From Mycobacteriales bacterium (lineage in GTDB: Bacteria; Actinomycetota; Actinomycetes; JALYNC01): a stretch of DNA of 64,000 bases. Positions within the stretch are counted from its first letter, which is position 1, and each line of letters begins with the position of its first letter. The notes beneath the pieces were generated by a model, which saw nothing but the letters and a program-made list of their open reading frames with translations, did not search any database and was not told the origin of the DNA. Made by a program: the position numbers and the translations under genes. Shown in pieces: positions 21,300 to 33,286 of this stretch. Where the stretch lies: positions 971 to 64,970 of the forward strand of contig JBBSHH010000002.1 of assembly GCA_038253225.1 (NCBI GenBank), written 5' to 3'.

Positions 21300-22102
21300 C
21301 GGGAATCCTCCGACTCCAGCGGCAGTGGCGCGGGTCGGGGGTGGCGGGCCGCGCTGCTGCGCTCGAGCACCGCCGAGACGCTGCCCGCGGCGACGCTGCC
21401 GTCGGGCAGCAGCGCCGGGGTGTCCACCGCGTCGGAGGTGGCGTAGACGCCGGGGCCGGGCAGCGTGCTGGGGTTGCCACCGGTCCGGAACCGCTGCTCG
21501 GAGAGCTGCCGCTGGGTCGATCGAGGGACCAGCCGTTCCTTGTGGGCGAGCACCATCGCGCCGAGCGCGGCGGTGATCAGCAGCGCGCTGGTGACCTCGA
21601 AGGCGAAGACGTAGCGGGTGAACAGCAGCCGGGCGATGCCCTGCACGTTGCCCTCGTCGTTCGCCGAATGCAGGCCGGTCAGCGTCATCGAGCCGACCGC
21701 GCCGCCGATCGCGCCGATCAACAGCACGACGAACGCCACACCCACCACCACGGCGGCGAGCCGTTGGCCGCGCAGCGTTTCGACGAGGGAGTCGGCCGAA
21801 TCGATGCCGACCAGCATCAGCACGAACAGGAACAGCATCATGATGGCGCCGGTGTAGACGATGACCTGCACGAAGGCGAGGAACGGCGCGTCCTCGGCGG
21901 CGTAGAAGACCGCCAGCGAAACCATCACGACGGCGAGCAGCAACGCGGCATGAACGGCGCTGCGCGACAGGATCATGCCCAGCGCCGCCACCACCATGAT
22001 CGGCGCAAGGATCCAGAACGTGACCCCCTCCGCGATGCTGGTGCTCTGGATCGCCAGCGTCGTCGCGTGGCCCAGGGTCGGACCCATCACCGCCGGGCTC
22101 AT
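21296..22102 (-). CDS. nuoJ: NADH-quinone oxidoreductase subunit J (with C-terminal extension)
   Basis: 268 aa from ATG ([19 protein letters not shown]…), overlapping the nuoI stop (ATGA). The upstream part of the track ORF is an artefact. Confidence 0.85.
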   Translation of the reverse strand: MSPAVMGPTLGHATTLAIQSTSIAEGVTFWILAPIMVVAALGMILSRSAVHAALLLAVVMVSLAVFYAAEDAPFLAFVQVIVYTGAIMMLFLFVLMLVGIDSADSLVETLRGQRLAAVVVGVAFVVLLIGAIGGAVGSMTLTGLHSANDEGNVQGIARLLFTRYVFAFEVTSALLITAALGAMVLAHKERLVPRSTQRQLSEQRFRTGGNPSTLPGPGVYATSDAVDTPALLPDGSVAAGSVSAVLERSSAARHPRPAPLPLESEDSR

Positions 22103-22659
22103 GACGCGGCCTCGCGCTGGTCGGCGCCCGTCCGGCCCCCGGGGACCGGAACCGTCCGCACGGCCGGGCCGGCGTAGTAGTCGGTCTCGTTCTCGCCCAG
22201 CCGCATCGGATGCGGCGGCGGCTCCATGCCGGGCAACAGCGGGGTCAACAGCTGCTCCTTGGTGAAGATGAGGTCGTTGCGGCTGTCGTCGGCGAGCTCG
22301 TACTCGTTGGTCATCGTCAGCGCGCGCGTCGGGCAGGCCTCGATGCACAGGCCGCAGAAGATGCAGCGCAAGTAGTTGATCTGGTAGATCCGGCCGTAGC
22401 GCTCCCCGGGTGAGTACCGCTCGTCCTCGGTGTTGTCGGCACCTTCGACGTAGATCGCGTCGGCGGGGCAGGCCCAGGCGCACAACTCGCACCCGACGCA
22501 CTTCTCCAGGCCGTCCGGGTGCCGGTTGAGCACGTGCCGGCCGTGGTAGCGCGGCGCTGTCGGGCGCTTCTCCTCCGGGTAGAGCTCGGTGTTGACCTTC
22601 CGGAACATCGTCGCGAAGGTCAGCCCGAAACCCTTGACCGGGTTGAGGAAGTCAAGCAC
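22099..22659 (-). CDS. nuoI: NADH-quinone oxidoreductase subunit I
   Basis: 186 aa from GTG ([31 protein letters not shown]…), preceded by GGAGGG. It has two 4Fe-4S motifs ([17 protein letters not shown] and [16 protein letters not shown]). Confidence 0.88.
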   Translation of the reverse strand: MLDFLNPVKGFGLTFATMFRKVNTELYPEEKRPTAPRYHGRHVLNRHPDGLEKCVGCELCAWACPADAIYVEGADNTEDERYSPGERYGRIYQINYLRCIFCGLCIEACPTRALTMTNEYELADDSRNDLIFTKEQLLTPLLPGMEPPPHPMRLGENETDYYAGPAVRTVPVPGGRTGADQREAAS

Positions 22660-23956
22660 TAGGAACGTCCCTCCGGGTGCTGCTACCGGCTGCCGGCGGG
22701 GCACCGTCACCGTCGTACCCGGGCAGCGCGGGGACGGGGAACCTGGGCGGCTCGAGGACGTCGTCGGTCGAGTCGCCGCCACCTGCTGCCTCGTCCGTCG
22801 CGGGTGTCGACTGCGGCCAGATCGCGATGGCGACCAGGACGACGACCACCGGGATGCCGACGTAGATCAGCACCGTGCGACGGTCGATGCCCTCCAGCGA
22901 CACGGTCCGCACCGCCGCGACGATCAGGATCCACACCAGGCTGGTGGGGATCAGCCGCTTCCAGCCGAACTTCATGAACTGGTCGTAGCGCAGGCGAGGC
23001 AGCGTGCCACGCAGCCAGATGAAGCCGAACAGCAGGGCGAACAGCTTGATGGCGAACCACAGCGGACCCCACCAGCCGACCAGGCCGGAGATCCCGGGGA
23101 TCGGGAACGGCCGCCAGCCGCCGAGGAACAGCGTGGTGGCGACCGCGCTGACCGTGGTCATGTTGATGTACTCGGCCAGGAAGAACATCGCGAACTTCAG
23201 CGACGAGTACTCGGTGTGGAACCCGCCGACCAGCTCGCCCTCGGCCTCCGGCAGGTCGAAGGGCGCCCGGTTCGTCTCGCCCACCGCCGAGATCGCGTAG
23301 ATGACGAACGAGACGAACAGCGGCACGACGTACCACAGGCCGTGCTGGGCGTCGACGATCTGCGAGGTCGACAGCGAGCCGGAGTAGATGAAGACCGCCA
23401 CCAGCGCGAGGCTCAGCGACACCTCGTAGCTGATCACCTGGGCGGCCGAGCGCAGCCCCCCGAGCAGCGGGTACGTCGAGCCGCTGGACCAGCCGGCGAG
23501 CACCAGCCCGTAGACCCCGAACGAGGAGCAGGCCAGCACGAACAGCACGGCGACCGGCAGGTCGGTGAGCTGCAGCGGCGTGCGGTGACCGAAGACCGAC
23601 ACGGTCGGTCCGAGCGGGATGACCGCAAAGGCGAGGACCGCGGGGATCGCCGAGATGACCGGGGCGAGCAGGTAGACCGGCCGGTCCGCGAGCGCCGGGA
23701 TGATGTCTTCCTTCAGCGCCAGCTTGACGCCGTCGGCGAGGCCCTGTCCGAGCCCCATCGGGCCGACCCGGTTCGGGCCGAGCCGCTGCTGCATCCGGGC
23801 CACGACCCGGCGCTCGGCCCAGATCATGACCAGCGTGCTGGCGACCAGGAACACGAACACGAACAGCGTCTTGGCGACGAGCAGCCACCACGGGTCGCGG
23901 CCGAACGCGGACAGCGTCGGCGCGTCGGTCGCGGCAAGCAGCGGGACGGCGCTCAT
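22652..23956 (-). CDS. nuoH: NADH-quinone oxidoreductase subunit H
   Basis: 434 aa from ATG ([37 protein letters not shown]…), overlapping the nuoG stop. Motifs [24 protein letters not shown]…[25 protein letters not shown] are present. It has a C-terminal Pro/Gly-rich tail. Confidence 0.9.
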   Translation of the reverse strand: MSAVPLLAATDAPTLSAFGRDPWWLLVAKTLFVFVFLVASTLVMIWAERRVVARMQQRLGPNRVGPMGLGQGLADGVKLALKEDIIPALADRPVYLLAPVISAIPAVLAFAVIPLGPTVSVFGHRTPLQLTDLPVAVLFVLACSSFGVYGLVLAGWSSGSTYPLLGGLRSAAQVISYEVSLSLALVAVFIYSGSLSTSQIVDAQHGLWYVVPLFVSFVIYAISAVGETNRAPFDLPEAEGELVGGFHTEYSSLKFAMFFLAEYINMTTVSAVATTLFLGGWRPFPIPGISGLVGWWGPLWFAIKLFALLFGFIWLRGTLPRLRYDQFMKFGWKRLIPTSLVWILIVAAVRTVSLEGIDRRTVLIYVGIPVVVVLVAIAIWPQSTPATDEAAGGGDSTDDVLEPPRFPVPALPGYDGDGAPPAAGSSTRRDVPSA

Positions 23957-26418
23957 GAGGCGGCTCCGGTGGAGATGCGGACGACGGCGCCGGTGTCGGC
24001 GGCCAGGTCGACCCGCACCGCCGACCCGGGGGAGTTCGTCGGCAACCAGACCACCCGGTCGGGGAGATCGGCGATGCCGAGTGGCAGCGTAACCGCGCCG
24101 CGGTCGGTGCTGACCGTGACCGGGTCGCCGTGCCGGGCCCCGATCTCCGCGGCGGTGGCCGCCGACAGGTGCAGCCGGGGCCGCTTCGCGGTGCCGGCGA
24201 GGAACGGCTCGCCGTCCTGCAGCCGGCCGCCGTCGAGCAGCCAGTGCCAGGTCGCGAGCACCGCCTGACCGCGGCCGGGTCGCGACAGCAGGCCGGAGGG
24301 CAGCTCCGGGGCGGCCGGCCGCGGCCCCGCCCACGCGCCGAGTCGGGAGATCTCCGCGCGGGCCGCGGCGGCCGACGGCAGCCCCAGGTCGAGGTCCATC
24401 TCGGCGGCGAGCGTGTGCAGCACCCGGCCGTCGGCCAGCGCCCCGGTGTTGCGCAGGGTGGCCTCGAATGGGCGCGGCCGGCCCTCCCAGTCCAGGTAGG
24501 TGCCGTCCTTCTCCACCGCGGGTGCGACCGGTAGCACGACGTCGGCCCGGTCGGTGACCGCGCTGGCCCGCAGCTCCAGGCTGACCAGAAACGGGACCCG
24601 CTCGAGCGCGGCGAGCGCGCCGGCCGGGTCGGGCAGGTCGGCCGGATCGACGCCCGCGACGAGCAGTGCCCGCAGCTCCCCCGCGCCGGCCGCGGCGAGC
24701 ATGGCCCCGGTGTCCCGGCCGGGCCCGGCCGGCAGGGAGGAGCCGGTCACCCCCCAGACGATGGCCGCCTCGCTGCGGGCGGCCGGCTCGCCAACCGGGC
24801 GGCCGCCGGGCAGCAGGCTCGGCAGCGCGCCGGCCTCGAGCGCGCCGCGGTCACCGGCCCGGCGCGGCACCCAGGCCAGCCGGGCGCCGGTCGCCGCGGC
24901 CAGCCGGGCCACCGCCGAGAAGCCGCCGGCGGAGGTCGCCAGCCGCTCACCGGCCAGGATCACCGCACCCGGTCGGCGCAGCGCAGCGGCGGCGGCGTTC
25001 TCGCCGGACGGATGCGGACCGCCGGAGAGGATCGCCTCGATCCCGCCGGCCTCCCCACCCGGGGCGCTGCGCAGCAGCGTGCCGGAGAGCTTGTCCAGGC
25101 CCTTGGTGGCCAGCGGCGCCATCCCGAACACGGCGGTCCCGTTCTCCCGGACCGCCTTGCGCAGCCGCAGGAAGACGATCGGGGACTCCTCCTCCGGCTC
25201 GAACCCCACCAGCAGCACGGCAGGGGCCCGCTCCAGGTCGAGGTACGTCGTTTCGAGGTAGCGACCGGCGACGGCGGCGGCCAGGAACTGCTCCTCCTCG
25301 GCGGAGTGCGGCCGGGCGCGGAAGTCGATGTCGTTGGTGTCGAGCGCGAGCCGGGCGAACTTCGCATAGGCGTAGGCGTCCTCGACGGTGAGCCGGCCGC
25401 CGGTCATCACGCCGGCGCGGCCACGGGCGGCGGTGAGGCCGGCGGTGGCCCGGGCCAGCGCGTCGGGCCAGGACGCCTCCACCAGGTAGCCGTCGGGGTC
25501 GCGGACGAGCGGCGTGGTCAGCCGGTCGGCGGCGCTGGCGTAGGTGAACGCCCACCGCCCCTTGTCGCAGTTCCACTCCTCGTTGACATCCGGGTCGTTG
25601 CCGGCCAGCCGGCGCATGACCTTGCCGCGGCGCCAGTCGGTGCGCAGCGCGCAGCCCGACGCGCAGTGCTCGCAGACCCCCGGGGTCGACATCAAATCGA
25701 ACGGGCGGGCCCGGAACCGGTACGCCGCACCGGTCAGCGCACCCACCGGACAGATCTGCACGGTGTTGCCGGAGAAGTAGGACTCGCACGGCTCGTCCTC
25801 GTAAATCGCCACCTGCTCGAGGGCGCCGCGCTCGAACAGCTCGATGAACGGGTCGCCGGCGATCTGCGCGGAGAACCGGGTGCAGCGGGCGCAGAGCACG
25901 CAGCGCTCCCGGTCGAGCAGCACCTGGCTGGAGATCGCGATCGGCTTCGGGTAGGTCCGCTTGACGTCGCGGAACCGGGACTCGGCGTAGCCGTTGCTCA
26001 TCGCCTGGTTCTGCAGCGGGCACTCGCCACCCTTGTCGCAGACCGGGCAGTCCAGCGGGTGGTTGATCAGCAGCAGCTCCAGCGTGCCGGCCTGCGCCTT
26101 GGCGGCGACCGGCGAGCTGAGCTGGGTGTGCACGACCATGCCGTCGGTCACCGTCGTCGTGCAGGCGGTCAGCGGCTTGCGCTGCCCCTCCACCTCGACG
26201 ATGCATTCCCGGCAGGCGCCGATGGGGTCGAGCAGCGGATGGTCGCAGAACCGGGGGATCTGGATGCCGATCAGCTCGGCGGCCCGGATCACCAGGGTGT
26301 GCTTGGGCACCGAGACCGCAAACCCGTCGATGGTCACGGTGACCATCTCGACGGCCTTCTCGACCGCGGCGTCGACGCCGGCCGGCGCGGCGCCGGACGT
26401 GCCGGTGGTGACGGTCAT
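23953..26418 (-). CDS. nuoG: NADH-quinone oxidoreductase subunit G (75 kDa, Fe-S/molybdopterin-fold)
   Basis: 821 aa. N-terminal 2Fe-2S and 4Fe-4S motifs are present ([47 protein letters not shown]). The ATG is adjacent to the nuoF TAG stop. Confidence 0.92.
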   Translation of the reverse strand: MTVTTGTSGAAPAGVDAAVEKAVEMVTVTIDGFAVSVPKHTLVIRAAELIGIQIPRFCDHPLLDPIGACRECIVEVEGQRKPLTACTTTVTDGMVVHTQLSSPVAAKAQAGTLELLLINHPLDCPVCDKGGECPLQNQAMSNGYAESRFRDVKRTYPKPIAISSQVLLDRERCVLCARCTRFSAQIAGDPFIELFERGALEQVAIYEDEPCESYFSGNTVQICPVGALTGAAYRFRARPFDLMSTPGVCEHCASGCALRTDWRRGKVMRRLAGNDPDVNEEWNCDKGRWAFTYASAADRLTTPLVRDPDGYLVEASWPDALARATAGLTAARGRAGVMTGGRLTVEDAYAYAKFARLALDTNDIDFRARPHSAEEEQFLAAAVAGRYLETTYLDLERAPAVLLVGFEPEEESPIVFLRLRKAVRENGTAVFGMAPLATKGLDKLSGTLLRSAPGGEAGGIEAILSGGPHPSGENAAAAALRRPGAVILAGERLATSAGGFSAVARLAAATGARLAWVPRRAGDRGALEAGALPSLLPGGRPVGEPAARSEAAIVWGVTGSSLPAGPGRDTGAMLAAAGAGELRALLVAGVDPADLPDPAGALAALERVPFLVSLELRASAVTDRADVVLPVAPAVEKDGTYLDWEGRPRPFEATLRNTGALADGRVLHTLAAEMDLDLGLPSAAAARAEISRLGAWAGPRPAAPELPSGLLSRPGRGQAVLATWHWLLDGGRLQDGEPFLAGTAKRPRLHLSAATAAEIGARHGDPVTVSTDRGAVTLPLGIADLPDRVVWLPTNSPGSAVRVDLAADTGAVVRISTGAAS

Positions 26419-27711
26419 CTAGTGGGCTCCCGCCAGGGCCGGCACCCGGTTGCCCAGGGGGCAGCGACCCTGCTCGTAGTGGGCGACGAACTCGTCGCGG
26501 AAGAACGCGATGGCGGAGACGATCGGGCTGGTCGCGCCGTCGCCGAGCGCGCAGAACGACCGACCGAAGATGTTGTCGCAGGTGTCGAGCAGGGTGGTGA
26601 TGTCGTCCTCGCTGCCGGTGCCGGCCTCGAGGCGCTGCAGGATCTGCACCATCCAGTAGGTGCCCTCGCGGCACGGCGTGCACTTCCCGCACGACTCGTG
26701 CGCGTAGAACTGGGTCAGCCGCAGGCAGGTGTTGACCATGCAGGTGGTGTCGTCCATCACCATGATCGCGGTCGTGCCCAGCAGCGACCCGGCCTCGATC
26801 ATCCCCTCGAAGTCCATCGGCGCATCGAGGTGCTCGGCGGTGAGCATCGGGGTCGAGGAACCCCCCGGGGTCCAGGCCTTGAGCGGTCGGTCGTCGCGGA
26901 CCCCACCGGAGAGCTCGAGCAGCTCGCGCAGCGTGGTGCCGAGCGGCATCTCGTACTGGCCGGGCCGGGTCACGTGCCCCGAGATGCTGAAGATCTTCGG
27001 GCCGGGTGACTTCTCGGTCCCCATCGAGCGGAACCACTCCACCCCGCGGTTGACGATGTAGGGGACGGTGGCGATCGTCTCCACGTTGTTGATGACCGTG
27101 GGGCTGGCGTAGAGCCCGGCGACCGCGGGGAACGGCGGGCGCAGCCGGGGCTGGCCGCGGAAGCCCTCCAGCGAGTCGAGCAGCGCGGTCTCCTCACCGC
27201 AGATGTACGCCCCGGCGCCGCGGTGCAGGGTCAGCTCGAGGGCGAAGCCGCTGCCGAGGATGTCCGCGCCGAGGTAGCCGGCGGCGTAGGCCTCCCGGAT
27301 CGCGTGCTCCAGCCGGCGGCCGGCGTGCACCAGCTCGCCGCGCAGGTAGATGAACGCGTGGTTCGAGCGCACGGCGTACGCCGAGATGATGATGCCCTCC
27401 ACCAGCGCGTGCGGGTCGGCCATCATCAGCGGGGTGTCCTTGCACGTGCCGGGCTCCCCCTCGTCAGCGTTCACGACCAGGTAGTGCGGCTTGCCGTCGC
27501 CCTGCGGGATGAACCCCCATTTCAGCCCGGTGGGGAAACCGGCGCCGCCGCGGCCACGCAGGCCGGCGTCCTTGACCAGCGAGATGACCGCGTCCGGCTC
27601 CATCGCGAGCGCCCGGCGCAGCGCCGTGTAGCCCTCGGTCCGCTCGTAGGCGGCCAGCGTCCAGGACTCCGGCTCGTTCCAGCGGCCGGTCAGGACGGGG
27701 GTCAACGGCAT
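26419..27711 (-). CDS. nuoF: NADH-quinone oxidoreductase subunit F (NADH/FMN-binding, N3 cluster)
   Basis: 430 aa. Motifs GRGGAGFPTGLKW, YLVVNADEGEPGTCKD, GAGAYICGEETALLDSLEG and ESCGKCTPCREG are present. Confidence 0.93.
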   Translation of the reverse strand: MPLTPVLTGRWNEPESWTLAAYERTEGYTALRRALAMEPDAVISLVKDAGLRGRGGAGFPTGLKWGFIPQGDGKPHYLVVNADEGEPGTCKDTPLMMADPHALVEGIIISAYAVRSNHAFIYLRGELVHAGRRLEHAIREAYAAGYLGADILGSGFALELTLHRGAGAYICGEETALLDSLEGFRGQPRLRPPFPAVAGLYASPTVINNVETIATVPYIVNRGVEWFRSMGTEKSPGPKIFSISGHVTRPGQYEMPLGTTLRELLELSGGVRDDRPLKAWTPGGSSTPMLTAEHLDAPMDFEGMIEAGSLLGTTAIMVMDDTTCMVNTCLRLTQFYAHESCGKCTPCREGTYWMVQILQRLEAGTGSEDDITTLLDTCDNIFGRSFCALGDGATSPIVSAIAFFRDEFVAHYEQGRCPLGNRVPALAGAH

Positions 27712-28547
27712 CTAGTGGTCACTTCCCTGGGTCTGCTGGTCGCGGCTGGGGCTCGGCGTCCCGGTGGCCGGGCCGGCCCCGGCGTCCAGGTCGCTGCCGT
27801 CGCCGTAGGTGTCGGCCGCGGCCTGTGACGAGAGCGCCTCCTCGGTCATCCCGCCGGGTACGCCGTACTCGCCCGCGGTGCGCGGCGCCGCGATGTCGCT
27901 GCCCTCGAGCGGCTCGGTGCCCCGGCTGTCGGTGGGGGTCGGGGCGGTCGGGTGCCCGGACGTCGCCCCCGGCCGGACCGCGTCGGTCAGCACGTCGGCG
28001 TCGACGAAGCCGGCGAGCTCGTGGGAGATCTCCCGGAAACCGCGCAGCGCGCCGCCGCGGGTGGGGTGCGGCCGCTCGCCGCCCTGCAGCGCCTGCACCA
28101 GCTCCAGGGCGGAGTCCGGGGTGGCGTTGTCGTAGAACTCGTAGTTGACCGTGACGACCGGCGCGTAGTCGCAGGCCGCCAGGCACTCGGCGTGCTCGAG
28201 GGTGATGGTGCCGTCGGCGGTGGTCTCGTCGTGACCGACGCCGAGGTGCTTGGACAGCCGGGCGTAGACGTCCTCGGCACCGAGCAACTGGCAGGACAGG
28301 TTGGTGCAGACGCTGACCAGGTAGTCGCCCACCGGCCGGCGCTTGTACATGGTGTAGAAGGTCGCGACCGCGCCGACCTCGGCCTTGGTCAGCCCGAGCA
28401 CCGAGGCGCACAGCGCGATGCCCGCCGGGGAGACGTAGCCCTCGGCACCCTGCACGAGGTGCAGCATCGGCAGCAGCGCGGAGCGGGGCTTGGGGTAGCG
28501 GGCCACGATCTCGCGGGCCTGCGCCACCGTCTGCTCGGTCAGCGGCA

Positions 28548-28548
<1 letters not shown>
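27712..28548 (-). CDS. nuoE: NADH-quinone oxidoreductase subunit E (2Fe-2S), with an acidic low-complexity C-terminal tail of about 100 aa
   Basis: 278 aa from ATG (MPLTEQTVAQAREIVARYPKPRSALLPMLHLVQ…), overlapping the nuoD stop (ATGA). Cluster N1a cysteines are present (CTNLSCQLLG…ECLAACDYAP). The track ORF 27712..29442 is a read-through artefact. Confidence 0.88.
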
Positions 28549-29893
<1,345 letters not shown>

Positions 29894-29897
<4 letters not shown>

Positions 29898-30541
29898 GCG
29901 TAGGCCCTCCGCTCGTCCGGCGGCGGCACCTGTGCGCCCTTGTACTCGACCGGCACGCCGCCGAGCGGGTAGTCCTTGCGCTGCGGGTGTCCCGGCCAGT
30001 CGTCCGGCATGATGATCCGGGTCAGCGCCGGGTGGCCGTCGTAGACAATCCCGAAGAAGTCCCAGGTCTCGCGCTCGTGCCAGTCGGCGGTCGGGTAGAC
30101 CTCGACCAGGGACGGCACGTGCGGGTCGTCGATCGTCACCGCGACCTCGAGGCGGATCGTCCGCCGGTAGGTCATCGAGGTCAGGTGCACCACCGAGTGC
30201 AGTCGCCGCTCGGTGGCCGGGTAGTCGACACCGCTGATGCTCGAGCACTGCTCGAAGCGCAGCGCCGGGTCGTCACGCAGCACCTGCGCCACGTCGCGGA
30301 GCCGGTCGGGTCGCACGAACAGCGTCAGCTCGTCGCGGTCGACGACGACCCGTTCCACCGCGTCGGCGAAGTCCGGGAGCGCCCGCTCGAGGGCGTCGGC
30401 GGCCTCGTCGAACCAGTCGCCGTACGGGCGCGGGGTCGACGTCGAAGCCGGCGCCCGGACCACCAGCCCGCCGAAGCCGGAGGTGTCACCGCTGCCGGTG
30501 ACACCGAACATGCCGCTGCGGCCGCTGATCGGCTCGGTCAT
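29894..30541 (-). CDS. nuoC: NADH-quinone oxidoreductase subunit C (30 kDa)
   Basis: 215 aa: …[50 protein letters not shown]…. Confidence 0.92.
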
Positions 30542-31113
30542 CGGCCGGTCACCCCCGGCACCAGCTCGCCCAGGGACAGCGCGGTGTCCCTGTCGATCGG
30601 CTTGAGGTAGGGCGCGTGCCCCGGGCTGGTCATCGACACCCGGCCGCTCACGTCACCGTGCTGGATCTTCGCGTGCAGCTTGAGGATCGCGTCGATGAGC
30701 ATCTCCGGCCGGGGCGGGCAGCCGGGCAGATACATGTCGACCGGCACCACGTGGTCGACGCCCTGCACGATCGCGTAGTTGTTGAACATGCCGCCGGAGG
30801 AGGCGCACACGCCCATCGCGAGCACCCACTTGGGCTCGGGCATCTGGTCGTAGATCTGCCGCAGCACCGGTGCCATCTTCTGACTGACGCGGCCCGCCAC
30901 GATCATCAGGTCGGCCTGTCGGGGCGAGGCCCGGAAGACCTCCATACCGAAGCGGGCGAGGTCGTAGCGACCCGCCCCGGTGGCCATCATCTCGATCGCA
31001 CAGCAAGCCAACCCGAACGTCGCCGGCCACAGCGAGGACTTGCGGGCATAGTTCGCGAGCTGCTCGACGGTGGTCAGCAGCACGCCGCTTGGGATCTTGT
31101 CCTCGAGTCCCAT
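30538..31113 (-). CDS. nuoB: NADH-quinone oxidoreductase subunit B
   Basis: 191 aa. N2 ligands are present ([30 protein letters not shown]). Confidence 0.93.
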   Translation of the reverse strand: MGLEDKIPSGVLLTTVEQLANYARKSSLWPATFGLACCAIEMMATGAGRYDLARFGMEVFRASPRQADLMIVAGRVSQKMAPVLRQIYDQMPEPKWVLAMGVCASSGGMFNNYAIVQGVDHVVPVDMYLPGCPPRPEMLIDAILKLHAKIQHGDVSGRVSMTSPGHAPYLKPIDRDTALSLGELVPGVTGR

Positions 31114-31186
31114 CAGCAGATCCCTCTTCGTCCGGTGGCGGCCGGGGTATCAGGGGTCACCGCGGCGGCGGTTCCCCGGCTGGTGG

Positions 31187-31552
31187 TCAGTCCCACTCGA
31201 GCCCGCCACGCCGCCACACATAGGCGTAGGCGACGAACAAGGTGGCGATGAACAGCACCATCTCGACCAGCCCGAACAGCCGCAGCCGGCTGAACGCGAC
31301 CGCCCATGGGATGAGGAAGATGATCTCGATGTCGAAGATGATGAACAGCATCGCGGTCAGGTAGTACTTCACCGGGAAGCGACCGCCACCGGTCGGCTGC
31401 GGCGTCGGCTCGATGCCGCACTCGTAGGCCTCGAGCTTCGCCCGGTTGTACCGCTTGGGACCGATGACCGCGCCGGCGCTGACGGAGCCGACGGCGAATG
31501 CCGCGGCCAGCACGAACAGCGCCAGGATCGGCACGTACGCCGAGTGCGCCAT
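31187..31552 (-). CDS. nuoA: NADH-quinone oxidoreductase subunit A
   Basis: 121 aa: MAHSAYVPILALFVLAAAFAVGSV…YECGIEPTPQPTGGGRFPVKYYLTAMLFIIFDIEIIFLIPWA…. SD AGGAGGAG precedes the ATG. Confidence 0.92.
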   Translation of the reverse strand: MAHSAYVPILALFVLAAAFAVGSVSAGAVIGPKRYNRAKLEAYECGIEPTPQPTGGGRFPVKYYLTAMLFIIFDIEIIFLIPWAVAFSRLRLFGLVEMVLFIATLFVAYAYVWRRGGLEWD

Positions 31553-31593
31553 CAGCTCCTCCGTTCCTCATCGGGGGGCAAGTCTAGGTGTGG

Positions 31594-31616
31594 CCCCGTG
31601 ACCCGACCGCACGGGG
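31594..31616. terminator. Hairpin CCCCGTG-N9-CACGGGG between the menJ-like stop and nuoA start; putative terminator or attenuator in the nuo leader
   Basis: 7-bp perfect stem with a 9-nt loop, located within the 86-bp intergenic region. Confidence 0.3.
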
Positions 31617-31638
31617 CGCGCCCGGATCCGGTGCGGGC

Positions 31639-33057
31639 TCAGGCCGCCGGCGCCAGCCGGCTCAGGGCGTTGATGAGCCGGTCGAGCGCGTCGCCGCCAC
31701 GCGGGTCGGTGAGGTTGGCGAGCAGCTTGAGCGTGAAGCGCATCAGGGTCGGACGGGAGAGCCCCCGGCTGGTCGCCGCCCGCATGACCGCCGGGTGGCC
31801 GATGAGCGTCACGAAGACCCGGCCCAGGGTGAAGTAGCCGCCGTAGGTATCCCGCAGCGCCTGCGGATACGCCGCCAGCGCGCGTTCCCTGGCCGGTCCG
31901 GCCGCCCGGTCGCGGGCTTGGAGCACCACCTCGGCGGCCAGCGCCGCGGACTCCATCGCGTAGGCGATGCCCTCGCCGTTGAACGGGTTGACCACCCCAC
32001 CGGCGTCCCCGACCAGCAGTAGCCCGCGGGTGTAGTGGGGCGTCCGGTTGAAGCCCATCGGCAACGCCCCGCCGCGCACCGGCCCGGTGGCGTTCGCCGG
32101 GGTGAAGCCCCACTCGCCGGGTAGGCCGCCGAGCCAGCGGCTCAGCAGCTCCTTGTAGTCGGTCTGCCGGAACGCCGCCGTCGTGTTGAGCATCCCCAGC
32201 CCCACGTTGCTGGTGCCGTCGCCGACACCGAACACCCAGCCGTAGCCGGGCAGCAGCCGACCGGCGCCGGGCGTCCCGTCCCACAGCTCGAGCCAGGACT
32301 CCAGGAAGTCGTCGTTCGACCGTGGCGTCGTGAAGTAGCGCCGGACCGCCACCCCCATCGGCCGGTCCTTGCGCGGACGCAGGCCGAGCGCGAGCCCGAG
32401 CCGGCTGGAGCTCCCGTCCGCGGCGATGACCAGCGGCGCCCGGTAGCTGACCTCGACGGGCCGGTCGCCGGGACCCTCCGGCGCCGGCCGCGCGGTCACC
32501 CCGACCACCCGGCCGGCGCCGTCGAGCACCGGCCCGGTGACAGTGGTCCGCTCGTGCAGCCGGGCGCCGGCCTTCGCGGCCCGGCGGGCCAGCAGCTCGT
32601 CGAAGTCCAGCCGCGGCCGCACCAGTCCGTACGACGGAAAGCTGGCCAGCTCGGGCCAGGGCAGCTCCAGGCACATCCCGCCGCCGTAGATCCGCAGGCC
32701 CCGGTTGCGGATCCAGCCCGCCGCCGGGGAGGTGTCGACGCCCATCGCGACCAGCTGGCGGACCGCGCGGGGGGTCAGCCCGTCACCGCAGACCTTCTCC
32801 CGCGGGAACGCCGCCTTCTCCAGCAGCAGCACGTCGAGCCCGGCGGCCGCCAGGTGGTGCGCCGCGGTGGCGCCCGCCGGGCCCGCGCCGACCACGATGA
32901 CGTCGGCGTCGGTGGGGGTATCGGCGTCGGCGATCGCATCCGCCGGAGAGCGCTCTGGCGCGCTGCGGCCTCCCGGCGCGGAGGCGAAGCTGGAGGTCAC
33001 GCGATGCCTTCTTCGACCGGGGCGGCGGGACCGCCGAGGGCTTGTGAACGTCTTCAC
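31639..33057 (-). CDS. menJ: Geranylgeranyl-reductase-family FAD oxidoreductase (menaquinone side-chain reductase, MenJ-like). The start is uncertain; the true start may be a downstream GTG.
   Basis: The 472-aa ORF has a GxGxxG FAD motif (DVIVVGAGPAGATAAHHLAAAGLDVLLLEK), then …REKVCGDGLTP… and …LLVGDAGGVVNPFNGEGIAYAMESA…. The N-terminal 60 aa are Arg/Pro/Ser-rich. Confidence 0.75.
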   Translation of the reverse strand: MKTFTSPRRSRRPGRRRHRVTSSFASAPGGRSAPERSPADAIADADTPTDADVIVVGAGPAGATAAHHLAAAGLDVLLLEKAAFPREKVCGDGLTPRAVRQLVAMGVDTSPAAGWIRNRGLRIYGGGMCLELPWPELASFPSYGLVRPRLDFDELLARRAAKAGARLHERTTVTGPVLDGAGRVVGVTARPAPEGPGDRPVEVSYRAPLVIAADGSSSRLGLALGLRPRKDRPMGVAVRRYFTTPRSNDDFLESWLELWDGTPGAGRLLPGYGWVFGVGDGTSNVGLGMLNTTAAFRQTDYKELLSRWLGGLPGEWGFTPANATGPVRGGALPMGFNRTPHYTRGLLLVGDAGGVVNPFNGEGIAYAMESAALAAEVVLQARDRAAGPARERALAAYPQALRDTYGGYFTLGRVFVTLIGHPAVMRAATSRGLSRPTLMRFTLKLLANLTDPRGGDALDRLINALSRLAPAA

Positions 33058-33148
33058 GAGGGACCTGCGGTGCCGAGTCTAGGCCCATCCGCACGCGCCG
33101 GCAGCCCCCGGGTCGAGGGCCGGTGCGGACCCCACCGCCGACGTCGCG

Positions 33149-33198
33149 TCGATCGATAGCGGCTGAGCCGCGGGCCGCGCGGCAGATTCGCTATCGAT
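33149..33198. repeat. Perfect 11-bp inverted repeat GATCGATAGCG / CGCTATCGATC separated by 27 bp, an AT-containing palindrome in a GC-rich background
   Basis: 33150-33160 and 33188-33198. It lies downstream of the menG stop and upstream of the menJ-like start. Confidence 0.4.
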
Positions 33199-33208
33199 CA
33201 CCCGCAGG

Positions 33209-33270
33209 GTGGGCGGCGGAGGTGGGCGGCGGAGGCGGGCGGCGGAGATGGGCGGCGGAGATGGGCAGGG
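33209..33270. repeat. 13-bp tandem repeat (GTGGGCGGCGGAG) about 4.4 copies
   Basis: The copies are GTGGGCGGCGGAG, GTGGGCGGCGGAG, GCGGGCGGCGGAG, ATGGGCGGCGGAG and ATGGGCAGGG, in the non-coding gap between menG and the menJ-like gene. Confidence 0.6.
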
Positions 33271-33286
33271 ACTGGCCGCCGACCAA

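Noticed and set aside
31553-31638. Rex (ROP) operator upstream of nuoA, as in Streptomyces
   Set aside because: No TTGTGAA/TTCACAA-type palindrome was found in the leader. Only a GC hairpin and the SD sequence are present.
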